Source: an uncultured Verrucomicrobiae bacterium (GTDB taxonomy: Bacteria > Verrucomicrobiota > Verrucomicrobiia > Chthoniobacterales > JAFAMB01). From it: a stretch of 64,000 bases of DNA. Of this stretch, positions 1 to 9,110 are shown in pieces; within the stretch, counting starts at the first letter, position 1, and each line of letters opens with the position of its first letter. The position numbers and the translations under genes were made by a program. A model generated the notes under the pieces. It had not been told where the DNA came from and did no database searches. It was given only the letters and a program-made list of their open reading frames with translations. The stretch spans positions 192,001 to 256,000 of the forward strand of contig CAWIPH010000001.1 in the NCBI GenBank assembly GCA_963837955.1, written 5' to 3'.

Positions 1-939
1 GATGACCTGCTGGCGCAACATCGTCGCTACCGCAAACCAGACAGAAAGGCTGCAAACGTACATCCCATCAACCTGATCAAAGTATTTCACCCCTTCCGGC
101 AATACGGTGGAGACCAGCACACCAAACTCCGATTTAGAACTGATTACGTCCTTTCGCAATTTCTCTAACCACTTGCCGTTCCAGCTTTGTGCGTTTTTCG
201 TTTCCCAGGTGATCGAACCGCAATTTCTTCCCTCCGCAATAATGATGGTGTGTAAAATGTCAGCGCCATATGCCCCGTTGGCAATCGGCTCGACCCGATC
301 AGTTGGGAAACGGAAGGCCAGCTCCGCTTCCAGGGTCAATTCCAGCGCTTCGCCTTGAGCTTGTTGAGAGCCTTGCTCCATTCGTCGGCGCAGCTCGTCA
401 GCCGCCTGTTTGGCGTCATCTCTTTGCTTCTCTAATTCTTTTTGTTTGAGGCGGAGCGTTTCCAATTCTTGTTCGAACTTTTCGCCGAGTGTTTTCTCCG
501 CCATAATCCTTGCTTCGCTCTGAGACGACTCCCGCGCATCCGCGGCGGCTTTGGCTAGCGCCAGACTCTGCTCGGCTTTGAGCGCATCTATCGTTTGCCG
601 CAAATTGAACTCTGCGGCGCTCTTTTGCGATAGTTGCCTCCGAATATCGTCAATCAATCGAGATTGGGCTTCAGTTTGTTCTTGGAAAGTTTGTTCTCGG
701 ATCCTCGCTTTTTGCGCTTCCTCCGATTGGACTGCTTGGCGAATCGCGGCGCGTTCCGCTTCGAGCTGAGCTCGCAATGCAATTTTCTGTTTGGCGTCCG
801 CTTCTGCTTGCTGTTGCTGTATTCGCCGGACGGTGGATTCGGCCAAACCCTCTCGCAGAGTGAACCGATGTCCATCGCTGAGTGGACACAGGATTTCCTC
901 ACTTAGACCAATCGTTACCTGTTCATCGTTTGTTTTCAT
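1..939 (-). CDS. DUF2130-family coiled-coil protein (runs off the window edge; absent from the ORF track)
   Basis: Manual translation from ATG at 939 gives MKTNDEQ..., a long Q/E/K coiled coil, then QQAQGEALELTLEAELAFRFPTDRVEPI..GADILH..CGSITWETKNAQSW..KW, which is the DUF2130 pattern. The frame appears open to base 1. Confidence 0.8.
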   Translation of the reverse strand, partial: MKTNDEQVTIGLSEEILCPLSDGHRFTLREGLAESTVRRIQQQQAEADAKQKIALRAQLEAERAAIRQAVQSEEAQKARIREQTFQEQTEAQSRLIDDIRRQLSQKSAAEFNLRQTIDALKAEQSLALAKAAADARESSQSEARIMAEKTLGEKFEQELETLRLKQKELEKQRDDAKQAADELRRRMEQGSQQAQGEALELTLEAELAFRFPTDRVEPIANGAYGADILHTIIIAEGRNCGSITWETKNAQSWNGKWLEKLRKDVISSKSEFGVLVSTVLPEGVKYFDQVDGMYVCSLSVWFAVATMLRQQVI

Positions 940-1165
940 TCTGCGAATCCGGAATGGCTTCAATTTACCTCAAAAGGCTGCCGCAGAGAATAACCGAAAC
1001 AGGAATTCTCTTGATCCCGCACCATGCCCTCGGAGGAAGCGAGGAGATTAAAATGTCAACATTCTAAGAATCGTGAACATTCAGGAAGGTTTTCTCTCCT
1101 ATCGAGAGACCCGGCCTTGAATTTTCTTCCAACTTTTTACTCGCAGCCGGTGTACTGAAGACAAC

Positions 1166-1924
1166 ATGTTTGCCCCTTCCCCACTCCTGCTTTCGCTGCT
1201 CTGCTTAACCGTCCCGCTCACCCCAAGTTTCGGTGCCGACATGGTTTCCGAGACCCAGAAATTTGCCTATCCCTTAACCTCGGATAGCCGTTTCCAGCTC
1301 TCCAATCAAAACGGGTCGGTGGAGATTGTCGGTGAAGACACGAACGAGGTTAAGATCGAAGCAACCAAGAAAGCGCGCTCCCAATCTGAGTTAGCTGGAA
1401 TCAAGATCTCAATTGAACAAAGGGATAAGGCGATCGTGGTACAGACAACGCGGGACAACGCCGCCCCGCGCCCCGGAGATATCAGCGTCGAATACCGCAT
1501 ATTCGTCCCGCGCCATCTCGCCGCAGTCGACGTGGTCCTGTCCAATGGGAGCGTTGTGGCAAAAAATCTCGAGGCAGCCGTTACTTTGAGATCAACCAAC
1601 GGAGCGATCGAAGCGACCGACGTGCTGGGGGAAGCGGATCTCGAGTCGGAGAATGGCTCAGTCGCGTTAACGCAAATTCATACTGCGTCGACCGCGAAAC
1701 TGCTGACAACCAACGGTTCTATTTCGCTCACACTTCCGGCGTCGGCGAGCGTTTCGTTGCAGGCTAAAACTACGGTTGGTCGGATCCAATCTGATCTGCC
1801 GAGCAACCAAAGGCGGCGCGTCAACATAGTTGGTGAAGAGTTGCAAGCAACGCTAGGCGCCGGCGCGAGCCCGATTCAGCTCAGGACCGTGAACGGGGCC
1901 ATTCAAATTCAGACAAAGGGGTGA
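1166..1924 (+). CDS. Secreted DUF4097-family beta-strand repeat protein
   Basis: Signal peptide plus repeated (S/T)xNG(S/A)(I/V) motifs. Confidence 0.85.
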   Translation: MFAPSPLLLSLLCLTVPLTPSFGADMVSETQKFAYPLTSDSRFQLSNQNGSVEIVGEDTNEVKIEATKKARSQSELAGIKISIEQRDKAIVVQTTRDNAAPRPGDISVEYRIFVPRHLAAVDVVLSNGSVVAKNLEAAVTLRSTNGAIEATDVLGEADLESENGSVALTQIHTASTAKLLTTNGSISLTLPASASVSLQAKTTVGRIQSDLPSNQRRRVNIVGEELQATLGAGASPIQLRTVNGAIQIQTKG

Positions 1925-2032
1925 TGTGGAGGACGAATAGGAAACACGGACTAAGGAAGCGGGTGGATTACTAGCGGTCCCGCAGACGAGCATGTACGTC
2001 AACATTAGAGGAAGGATATGCGCGGAGAGGAG

Positions 2033-2295
2033 TCGTCCCGGAGGGACTTAATGAAAGAAGCCCAGTACGAAGTGCTGGGGTGGCGTTCAAAAAAACCGAC
2101 CCGTCCCGGCCTGTCCGCCATAGTCAGGATGACGAAGGAGGAACGGGACGATCGACGGCTCCTTACGCTGATGAAGCCGCAGGAGAGGACGAGGAGCCAA
2201 GACGCTTCTATCGTCCCAGACGGGACGGACGTCTCTTTTTGCATTATTCCCAGCACTTCGTACTGGGCTACTTTCGTTGAGTCCCTCCGGGACGA
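2033..2295. repeat. 263-bp fold-back (REPIN/MITE-like) element with 47-bp terminal inverted repeats
   Basis: 2033-2079 matches the reverse complement of 2249-2295 at 44/47 positions. Inner CGTCCC/GGGACG palindromes at about 2101-2151 and 2211-2228. Confidence 0.85.
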
Positions 2296-2331
2296 GGTGA
2301 TAGGACAGTCGCCGCTTCCGAAGACCTCTTT

Positions 2332-3474
2332 TCAGACGATCACGAGATCCACGCCTGGCAATTCCTGCATTAACCGATCGTGTAGCTGCCGTCTCGTCCA
2401 ACCCAATAATCGCTTACCCGGGCGACCCAAAATGACGTGGGTAATGCCATACTCGCGAACAAAGGAGACCAGCGCTTCCGCAACGTTCTCGTGCTTTAGC
2501 GAGATCACTAAACCTCCCATTTTTTGGGCCGTTTCCAAGGTATCAGCCACTCTGCGTTGCACTGTCGCATCGATGTTTATCGCGGACTCGCTCGGAGTTC
2601 GGACATAAACAGCGTACCATTGGGCATTTAACTGCGCGGCCAATCGGGCGGTTTTACGCAACATTTTTCCCGGGTCCGGACCAGAACTGCTAATAGCCAC
2701 CATGACCTGACCCATTCCGCCGACATTGCCTGGACTACTCTCCTGTTCGGCGCTCTCGCGTTCTTTGCGATCCAGGATATTAGCCGTTTCGCTGAGGGTC
2801 ATCTCCCGCAGTCGCGTCAGGTTTTTCGTGGTAAAAAAATTTGCGAGCGCGGTCTCGACCCGTTCCTTTGGATAAATCTTCCCCGCCTGCAAGCGTTCTT
2901 GCAGATCCTCGGCCGGCAGATCGATATTCACGATCTGATCCGCTTGAGCCACAATTTCGTCCGGAACTCGCTCTTTGACCCGAACGCCGGTCGATTCTTC
3001 AACGATGTTATAGAGCGATTCGAGGTGCTGGATGTTCACCGTCGTGATTACATTAATCCCGGCTTGGAGCAGCTCTTGGACATCTTCATAACGCTTGCGA
3101 TTGCGACTTTGCGGTGCATTCGTATGCGCAAGCTCATCGACGAGTACAACCGTCGGTTTCCGGTTCAACACCGCATCCACATCCATCTCGCGGAGAGTGA
3201 TCCCGTGATACTGCGCAACTAGCGGGGGTATGATTTCCAGGTCGCCGATCTGCGCTGCGGTTTCCGGCCGATCGTGCGGTTCGACGTAGCCGATGACCAC
3301 GTCAATTCCTTGGCGGCGCAGCCGATTACCCTCAACCAACATGTGGTAAGTCTTCCCGACTCCGGCACAGGGGCCCAAATAGATTTTGAGTTTTCCGAGT
3401 TGCTGCTGCCGAATAATCGAGAGGAAGTCGTCAGCAGTACGCCTGAGATTAGCAGGAGGATTCGCGGCCGCCAT
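2332..3474 (-). CDS. kdpD: Soluble KdpD (N-terminal KdpD domain plus USP domain; no transmembrane or kinase part)
   Basis: GKLKIYLGPCAGVGKTY, VDELAHTN, RYEDV.ELL.AGI.V.TT.NIQHLESL motifs and a C-terminal USP-like domain; only 380 aa. Confidence 0.93.
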   Translation of the reverse strand: MAAANPPANLRRTADDFLSIIRQQQLGKLKIYLGPCAGVGKTYHMLVEGNRLRRQGIDVVIGYVEPHDRPETAAQIGDLEIIPPLVAQYHGITLREMDVDAVLNRKPTVVLVDELAHTNAPQSRNRKRYEDVQELLQAGINVITTVNIQHLESLYNIVEESTGVRVKERVPDEIVAQADQIVNIDLPAEDLQERLQAGKIYPKERVETALANFFTTKNLTRLREMTLSETANILDRKERESAEQESSPGNVGGMGQVMVAISSSGPDPGKMLRKTARLAAQLNAQWYAVYVRTPSESAINIDATVQRRVADTLETAQKMGGLVISLKHENVAEALVSFVREYGITHVILGRPGKRLLGWTRRQLHDRLMQELPGVDLVIV

Positions 3475-3609
3475 CCCAATAGTTTACAGGAAAGTCAACG
3501 TTCTCGCGAGCCGAAAGGCCATCGATGCCCAATGGTCGGAGGGGAACTGCTGCCGACTTCGCCATCTATCCGCCATGGCCCAGGGATCATCTGTGCCGTC
3601 CGAAAAATC

Positions 3610-3635
3610 ATAGCCCAGGCTTTCGCCTGGGCTAT
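3610..3635. repeat. REP-like perfect hairpin between kdpC and kdpD
   Basis: ATAGCCCAGGC-TTTC-GCCTGGGCTAT, an 11-bp stem. Confidence 0.7.
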
Positions 3636-3648
3636 CCGCCGCGATTTC

Positions 3649-4267
3649 CTACTTGCTGGTTGGCGTGCCAGAAGAGTTCTTTTGCTGAGCGTCCAGGGCA
3701 ATGTTCAGCAAGAGCACATTGACGCCCGGCTCTCCGCCTAGCCAAAGAAACGGACTCTGCGGTCGCTTTGGCTATCGCGGCTTTCACTACGTCGGAAGAA
3801 AGCTCTCGCTCCTTCGCTACGCGCGGAGTCTGTAGTTCCGCATTTCGCAGACTGATATGAGGATCGAGACCGCTCCACGATTCAGTGGCTGCGTCGGCTG
3901 GAATTAAGGTGTCAGCCGGCAATCCGTTTTCCTTACGATAGGCGTCCACTAATCCTTGGATCTGGTCTTTTAGCTTTTGCGAAGTCGGTCCGAGATTCGA
4001 TCCACCCGAACTTGATCCGTCGTAGCCGGTACCAGCGGCCGAAGCACGGGGATGAAAATATTTAGCCCCAGAAAATCCTTGAGCGAGCAGACTGGAACCA
4101 ATCCGCGTTTTATTATCTGGACCTTTCACGAGGCTGCCGTTCGCCTGGTATGGGAACAACAACTGCGAGACGCCCCAGATGACTATCGGATAAAGGCCAC
4201 TGCAGACCACCGCAAAAACGATGGTCGCAACGATGGAGATTCTGATCTCAGTGAGAAATGATTTCAT
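3649..4267 (-). CDS. kdpC: Potassium-transporting ATPase subunit C, with an apparent +1 frameshift near 3759
   Basis: QANGSL, YFHPRASAAG, SGGSNLGPTS and SGLDPHIS motifs. The conserved end GEPGVNVLLLNIALD lies in the shifted frame, ending at TAG 3649-3651. Confidence 0.9.
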
Positions 4268-4280
4268 AAATGTTTTCCGG

Positions 4281-6299
4281 TTAAGCGAGGTGCAACCATG
4301 TGATAATTATATCGATCAACTTGATTCCCGGGAACGGCAGGATGATGCCGCCCAAGCCGTAAATCAGTAGATTGCGCTGGAGAATGCGAGCGGCGCCAAG
4401 CGGCCGGAATCGCACCCCTTTGAGTGCCAGCGGAATTAGCGCGACGATAATCACTGCATTGAAAATCACCGCGCTCAGGATCGCACTGAAGGGCGATTTC
4501 AACTGCATGATGTTGAGTGGTCCGATATCATGAAACGTCCCCACCAGCATCGCGGGAATAATGGCAAAGTATTTCGCAACATCGTTGGCAATACTGAACG
4601 TTGTGAGAGCGCCACGGGTGATCAGGAGCTGTTTCCCAATTTCGACGACCTCGATGAGCTTGGTCGGATTCGAGTCGAGATCCACCATGTTACCGGCTTC
4701 TTTTGCGGCCTGGGTCCCAGTGTTCATGGCAACACCCACATCCGCTTGAGCAAGCGCCGGTGCATCGTTGGTTCCGTCACCGGTCATTGCTACCAGGTGA
4801 CCCGCCGCCTGTTCTTTGCGGATCAACGCTAGTTTTTGTTCCGGCTTCGCCTGGGCCAGGAAATCGTCTACTCCGGCCTCTTTAGCGATCGCCGCGGCGG
4901 TTAGCGGATTATCTCCGGTGATCATCACGGTGCGAATTCCCATCGCCCGAAAGCGTTCAAACCGGTCGGCCAATCCCCCTTTTACAATGTCCTTGAGATA
5001 GATCGTTCCGAGCACTTGTTTCGTCGTCGCCACCAGTAGCGGCGTTCCGCCAAGTTGAGAGATCTCTTTGACATCGGCCTGTACCGATTCTGGAATTTTC
5101 CCGCCCACAAAAGCCGCGATGGCGTCTGCCGCACCTTTCCGGTAACGGATGTTTTCCAGATCAACACCGCTCATTCGAGTTTGCGCCGTAAAAGGAACAA
5201 AAGTTGCATGGGGCAACTCGTGCAGCTCTCTCCCGCGAATTCCAAATTCTTTGGCGAGTACGACGATACTGCGTCCTTCCGGAGTTTCGTCGGCTAGAGA
5301 GGCAAGCTGGGCAGCATCAGCCAGCTCGTTCTTCGTCACACCAGGGGCCGGACGAAATTCGCTTGCTTGCCGATTACCGATCGTAATGGTCCCGGTCTTG
5401 TCCAACAAAAGGACATCAACGTCGCCGGCCGCTTCGACGGAACGACCGCTCATGGCCAACACATTCTTTTGCACCAGACGATCGATGCCCGCGATGCCGA
5501 TGGCACTAAGCAGCCCACCGATCGTGGTTGGTATCAAACAGACTAGCAACGCCACCAGGACCGCAATGGTGAAGTCGACGCCCGAATACAAACCGTAAGC
5601 CTTCAACGACATCATCGCGATCAGGAAAATCACGGTGAGCGCCGACAGAAGAATCGTGAGTGCGATTTCATTCGGTGTTTTTTGCCGCTTGGCGCCTTCC
5701 ACCAGCGCGATCATACGATCGATAAAGGTCTCGCCTGGGTTCGACGTGATTTGGACTTTAATCTGGTCGGAAAGAACCTTCGTACCACCCGTGACCGCGC
5801 TGCGGTCTCCGCCCGACTCACGGATCACCGGTGCAGATTCGCCAGTAATCGCGGATTCATCGACGGTCGCCGCGCCTTCGATGACCTCACCATCACCTGG
5901 TATAAGTTCATCGGCCGAGACCACGACGATGTCGCCTTTTCGCAGTTGCTCCGCACCAACCTTCTCAATCTTTCCGCCATTTATTAATTTAAGCGCGAAC
6001 GTTTGAGTACGGGTGGCACGTAAGGCCTTGGCTTGTGCTTTACCGCGCCCTTCCGCCATTGCTTCCGCAAAATTAGCGAAGAGAACCGTGAACCAGAGCC
6101 AGAGCGCGATCTGGAACTCGAATCCAAGATCTTTCCCTCCGTTGAAAAACAGAAAGAAGGTCGTAATCGCGGCGCCGACTTCGGTAACGAACATCACCGG
6201 ATTAGCCGCCAACGTGATCGGGTTGAGTTTCTTAAAAGACTCACCGAGAGCCGGCACAATGATCGCCGGATCAAAAATAGAATGTGTTTTTGCTGCCAT
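4281..6299 (-). CDS. kdpB: Potassium-transporting ATPase subunit B (P-type ATPase)
   Basis: DKTGT phosphorylation motif, [27 protein letters not shown]. Confidence 0.98.
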   Translation of the reverse strand: MAAKTHSIFDPAIIVPALGESFKKLNPITLAANPVMFVTEVGAAITTFFLFFNGGKDLGFEFQIALWLWFTVLFANFAEAMAEGRGKAQAKALRATRTQTFALKLINGGKIEKVGAEQLRKGDIVVVSADELIPGDGEVIEGAATVDESAITGESAPVIRESGGDRSAVTGGTKVLSDQIKVQITSNPGETFIDRMIALVEGAKRQKTPNEIALTILLSALTVIFLIAMMSLKAYGLYSGVDFTIAVLVALLVCLIPTTIGGLLSAIGIAGIDRLVQKNVLAMSGRSVEAAGDVDVLLLDKTGTITIGNRQASEFRPAPGVTKNELADAAQLASLADETPEGRSIVVLAKEFGIRGRELHELPHATFVPFTAQTRMSGVDLENIRYRKGAADAIAAFVGGKIPESVQADVKEISQLGGTPLLVATTKQVLGTIYLKDIVKGGLADRFERFRAMGIRTVMITGDNPLTAAAIAKEAGVDDFLAQAKPEQKLALIRKEQAAGHLVAMTGDGTNDAPALAQADVGVAMNTGTQAAKEAGNMVDLDSNPTKLIEVVEIGKQLLITRGALTTFSIANDVAKYFAIIPAMLVGTFHDIGPLNIMQLKSPFSAILSAVIFNAVIIVALIPLALKGVRFRPLGAARILQRNLLIYGLGGIILPFPGIKLIDIIITWLHLA

Positions 6300-6313
6300 A
6301 AAAAAGATTTCTT

Positions 6314-6338
6314 GGTAGGGACGAGCTCCCGCTCGTCC
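6314..6338 (+). repeat. GTAG-type REP (family A)
   Basis: GGTAG-GGACGAGC-TCCC-GCTCGTCC; further copies at 55206-55261 and 58461-58514. Confidence 0.8.
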
Positions 6339-6352
6339 GTCTTATTGTTCGA

Positions 6353-8167
6353 TCATGAAAACAGCTTGCCGCCATACATAAGGAAGTGTTCCAGGATCGG
6401 CCCGAGCGAAAGCGCTGGGAAAAATGTCAGCGCACCGACAAGCAAGACCGTTCCAACAAGCAGAACGACAAACAGAGTTCCCGATACCGGGAACGTACCC
6501 GCGCTGGTCGCCACAAGCTTCTTTCGAGCAAGTGACCCGGCCAGAGCCATGACCGGAATGATCATGCCGAACCGGCCGATCAGCATCGCTAACCCCAAGG
6601 TAATGTCGTAATGCGGGTCGTTGTTCGTGGGCGCCGCCGTGAGTCCGGCAAAAGCACTGCCGTTGTTGCCTGTACAGGAAGTATAGGCATAAAGAATTTC
6701 GCTCAGACCGTGTGGCCCGGTATTGTTCAACCCTGCCTTTCCCCAATCCGTGAGACAGGCCCAACCGCTGAATCCAAGAATCGAGAAGGCCATCAGCAGG
6801 ATACCGAATGAGGCCATCTTGACCTCATAAGCTTCGATCTTCTTTCCAAGGTACTCAGGCGTTCTGCCCACCATGAGGCCGGCGATGAAGACTGCCAGGA
6901 CAACGAACAAGAGCATCCCGTACAGGCCTGCGCCGACGCCGCCAAAGACAATTTCGCCCAGCTGAATGTTGAGCATCGGAATCAGTCCACCGATCGGTGT
7001 GAAAGAGTCATGGGCCGCGTTAACAGCTCCGCAGGAGGCATCCGTGGTAATTGTGGCAAAGAGGGCAGAGTTGAAGATGCCGAACCGGGTCTCTTTCCCT
7101 TCCATATTGCCCCCCGCCGGATCGACACCTAGTGAGTGCGCGATCGGGTTGCCGTGCGCTTCGGCCGACCAGCAGATCAAAGCCCCGGTAACAAACATAA
7201 TTGCCATCGCGGCCCAAACCGCCCAGCCATGTCCCTGGTGCTTCGTAGCTCGCCCCAGGTAATAGGTCAGTGCGCTGGGGATTGCAAAAATCGACAACAT
7301 CTGGATAAAGTTCGAAAGCGGCGTTGGATTCTCAAATGGATGGCCGGCATTTGCGTTCATATAACCACCGCCATTGGTGCCCAACATCTTGATTGCCATC
7401 TGAGACGCGATCGGACCTTGCGGAATCGTTTGGGTGTCAACCGTCTGGTCGACCATGACCGGTTTCCCTTGGGCATCATTTACCGGGTTGCCCGCATCAT
7501 CCTTCTTCGGTACCTGGACGGTCTGCGCCTCCATCACGTGTGCCGTATTATAATGTTTGAAGTTTTGCGGAACCCCTTGGGCTACCAGGAACAGCGCGTA
7601 CACGACGCAAATCGGCAAAAGCAGATAATAAATGATGCGAGTCACATCGACCCAGAAATTGCCCAGCGTCTTCGCCGAATGCCGCGCGATTCCGCGTACG
7701 ATGACTGCCGCAATCGCTATCCCGGTGGCCGCCGATAAGAAATTATGCAACGCCAACGCGACCATTTGGGAGAACTGACTCATCGTCGATTCACCCGTAT
7801 AACTTTGCCAGTTCGTGTTCGTGGTAAAACTAGCAGCCGTGTTAAAGGACAGGTGGTCCGCCACCGCTGGAAATTTTTGCGGGTTCAACGGCAGATGATC
7901 CTGCAACCGCAAAATGCCGTAAGTAAAAATCATCGAGACCACAGAAAAAATCAGTATGGCCACGGCATACTGAATCCAATTTTGCTCGAGGTGCGGTTTT
8001 ACTCCCAGAATCCGGTAAGTGAAGCGCTCAACCGGTCGAATGACCGGATCGAGAAACGTCTTCCCATTCGTGTCCAAAACCTGAGTCAAATACAACCCAA
8101 GCGGCTTAGTAATAAGCACCAGAACTAGCAGATAGAATGCTAGTTGAAGCCAACCCGATATATTCAT
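6353..8167 (-). CDS. kdpA: Potassium-transporting ATPase subunit A
   Basis: FNTAASFTTNTNWQSY, LGTNGGG, EGKETRFG and NNGSAFAG motifs. Confidence 0.98.
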   Translation of the reverse strand: MNISGWLQLAFYLLVLVLITKPLGLYLTQVLDTNGKTFLDPVIRPVERFTYRILGVKPHLEQNWIQYAVAILIFSVVSMIFTYGILRLQDHLPLNPQKFPAVADHLSFNTAASFTTNTNWQSYTGESTMSQFSQMVALALHNFLSAATGIAIAAVIVRGIARHSAKTLGNFWVDVTRIIYYLLLPICVVYALFLVAQGVPQNFKHYNTAHVMEAQTVQVPKKDDAGNPVNDAQGKPVMVDQTVDTQTIPQGPIASQMAIKMLGTNGGGYMNANAGHPFENPTPLSNFIQMLSIFAIPSALTYYLGRATKHQGHGWAVWAAMAIMFVTGALICWSAEAHGNPIAHSLGVDPAGGNMEGKETRFGIFNSALFATITTDASCGAVNAAHDSFTPIGGLIPMLNIQLGEIVFGGVGAGLYGMLLFVVLAVFIAGLMVGRTPEYLGKKIEAYEVKMASFGILLMAFSILGFSGWACLTDWGKAGLNNTGPHGLSEILYAYTSCTGNNGSAFAGLTAAPTNNDPHYDITLGLAMLIGRFGMIIPVMALAGSLARKKLVATSAGTFPVSGTLFVVLLVGTVLLVGALTFFPALSLGPILEHFLMYGGKLFS

Positions 8168-8195
8168 AGATAGCGTAAAAGAGTTTCGTTAAGTG

Positions 8196-8279
8196 CTAGA
8201 ACTTCTCCGGTCTGATCATCGAAAAGATGAGATAGACAATGAGAAGCACAGAGATGATGCCAACGACGATGTTTTCCAT
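8196..8279 (-). CDS. kdpF: KdpF small membrane subunit (27 aa; absent from the ORF track)
   Basis: MENIVVGIISVLLIVYLIFSMIRPEKF, with the YL...PEKF signature, directly upstream of kdpA. Confidence 0.92.
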   Translation of the reverse strand: MENIVVGIISVLLIVYLIFSMIRPEKF

Positions 8280-8283
8280 GTGA

Positions 8284-8367
8284 TTAGACTTTCTCGCATG
8301 CTTTGACGAAAAGCAGGAGGATCCCGAAGGAGACGATAGTAATTAAGAGATAGATGATGTCCGACAT
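8284..8367 (-). CDS. Second kdp-associated small hydrophobic peptide (27 aa)
   Basis: MSDIIYLLITIVSFGILLLFVKACEKV; one transmembrane helix; its stop is 4 nt before the kdpF ATG. Confidence 0.75.
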   Translation of the reverse strand: MSDIIYLLITIVSFGILLLFVKACEKV

Positions 8368-8426
8368 AGTAGAGTAGGCGAGGAATGTTTAACGTATCGC
8401 GAACGAGGCGCTCATTCCTCTGTGCG

Positions 8427-9110
8427 TTAGTCGTTACCCATATTGATAGGTTCTTTGGTTGCACCGAAATGGTGCATTTCGAACAACCGGCGCATATTTT
8501 GCTGAGCGGGTTCGAAATCTTTATCCAGCTTGATCGCGCGACCGTACATTTTGCGAGCTCGATCATGATCTTCCTTCAGCTCGGCCAGCACGCCGGCTAG
8601 ATTGAAGGCTTCCGGAGAACTATCGTTTATTTCCAGCGCGCGAACGATGTAAGGACGAGCGGCGTCGAAATTGCCAATGTTAATTAGCCGTTTTGCGGTT
8701 GTTAGATGCGCATCAAAATCGGAGCGATAAGTTAGCTGGGATGCATCATCATGGCGACCGATGATTTCACTAACTACCGCTCGCAGCTCCGCTGGTCGGA
8801 GCGGCTTTTGCAAAAAATCGATCGCGCCTAGTTTCATCGCGCGCACCGCATTGGGAACGTCGCTGTAGGCGGTAATAATGACCGCCGGTGTTGGGATACC
8901 TTCTTCCCTGATCAAACGTAATAGTTCCAGACCGTCGGTACTCGGCATCCGCAGATCGAGAATTGCTAGATCAAAGAGTTGATCATGCAGCAATTGGATC
9001 GCTTCCTTGGCATCACCGGCCTCTTTGACCTCGTATCCCTCGACGTCCAACGTGATGCGATAGTTCAGACGAACGTTGGGTTCGTCATCGACAACCAATA
9101 TCTTTTTCAT
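8427..9110 (-). CDS. Response regulator with REC domain and C-terminal TPR-like region (no DNA-binding domain)
   Basis: ILVVDDE, LDLRMP, FLQKP; C-terminal AFNLAGVL...A..MY.RAIKLD TPR-like helices. Overlaps the kinase stop (ATGA). Confidence 0.88.
   Translation of the reverse strand: MKKILVVDDEPNVRLNYRITLDVEGYEVKEAGDAKEAIQLLHDQLFDLAILDLRMPSTDGLELLRLIREEGIPTPAVIITAYSDVPNAVRAMKLGAIDFLQKPLRPAELRAVVSEIIGRHDDASQLTYRSDFDAHLTTAKRLINIGNFDAARPYIVRALEINDSSPEAFNLAGVLAELKEDHDRARKMYGRAIKLDKDFEPAQQNMRRLFEMHHFGATKEPINMGND

Noticed and set aside
107..906. Short ORFs listed in the track
   Set aside because: They are shadows of the edge-truncated DUF2130 gene on the minus strand.
2005..2608. Several overlapping ORFs across the fold-back element
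   Set aside because: They are by-products of the palindromic repeat and of antisense kdpD, with no protein motifs.
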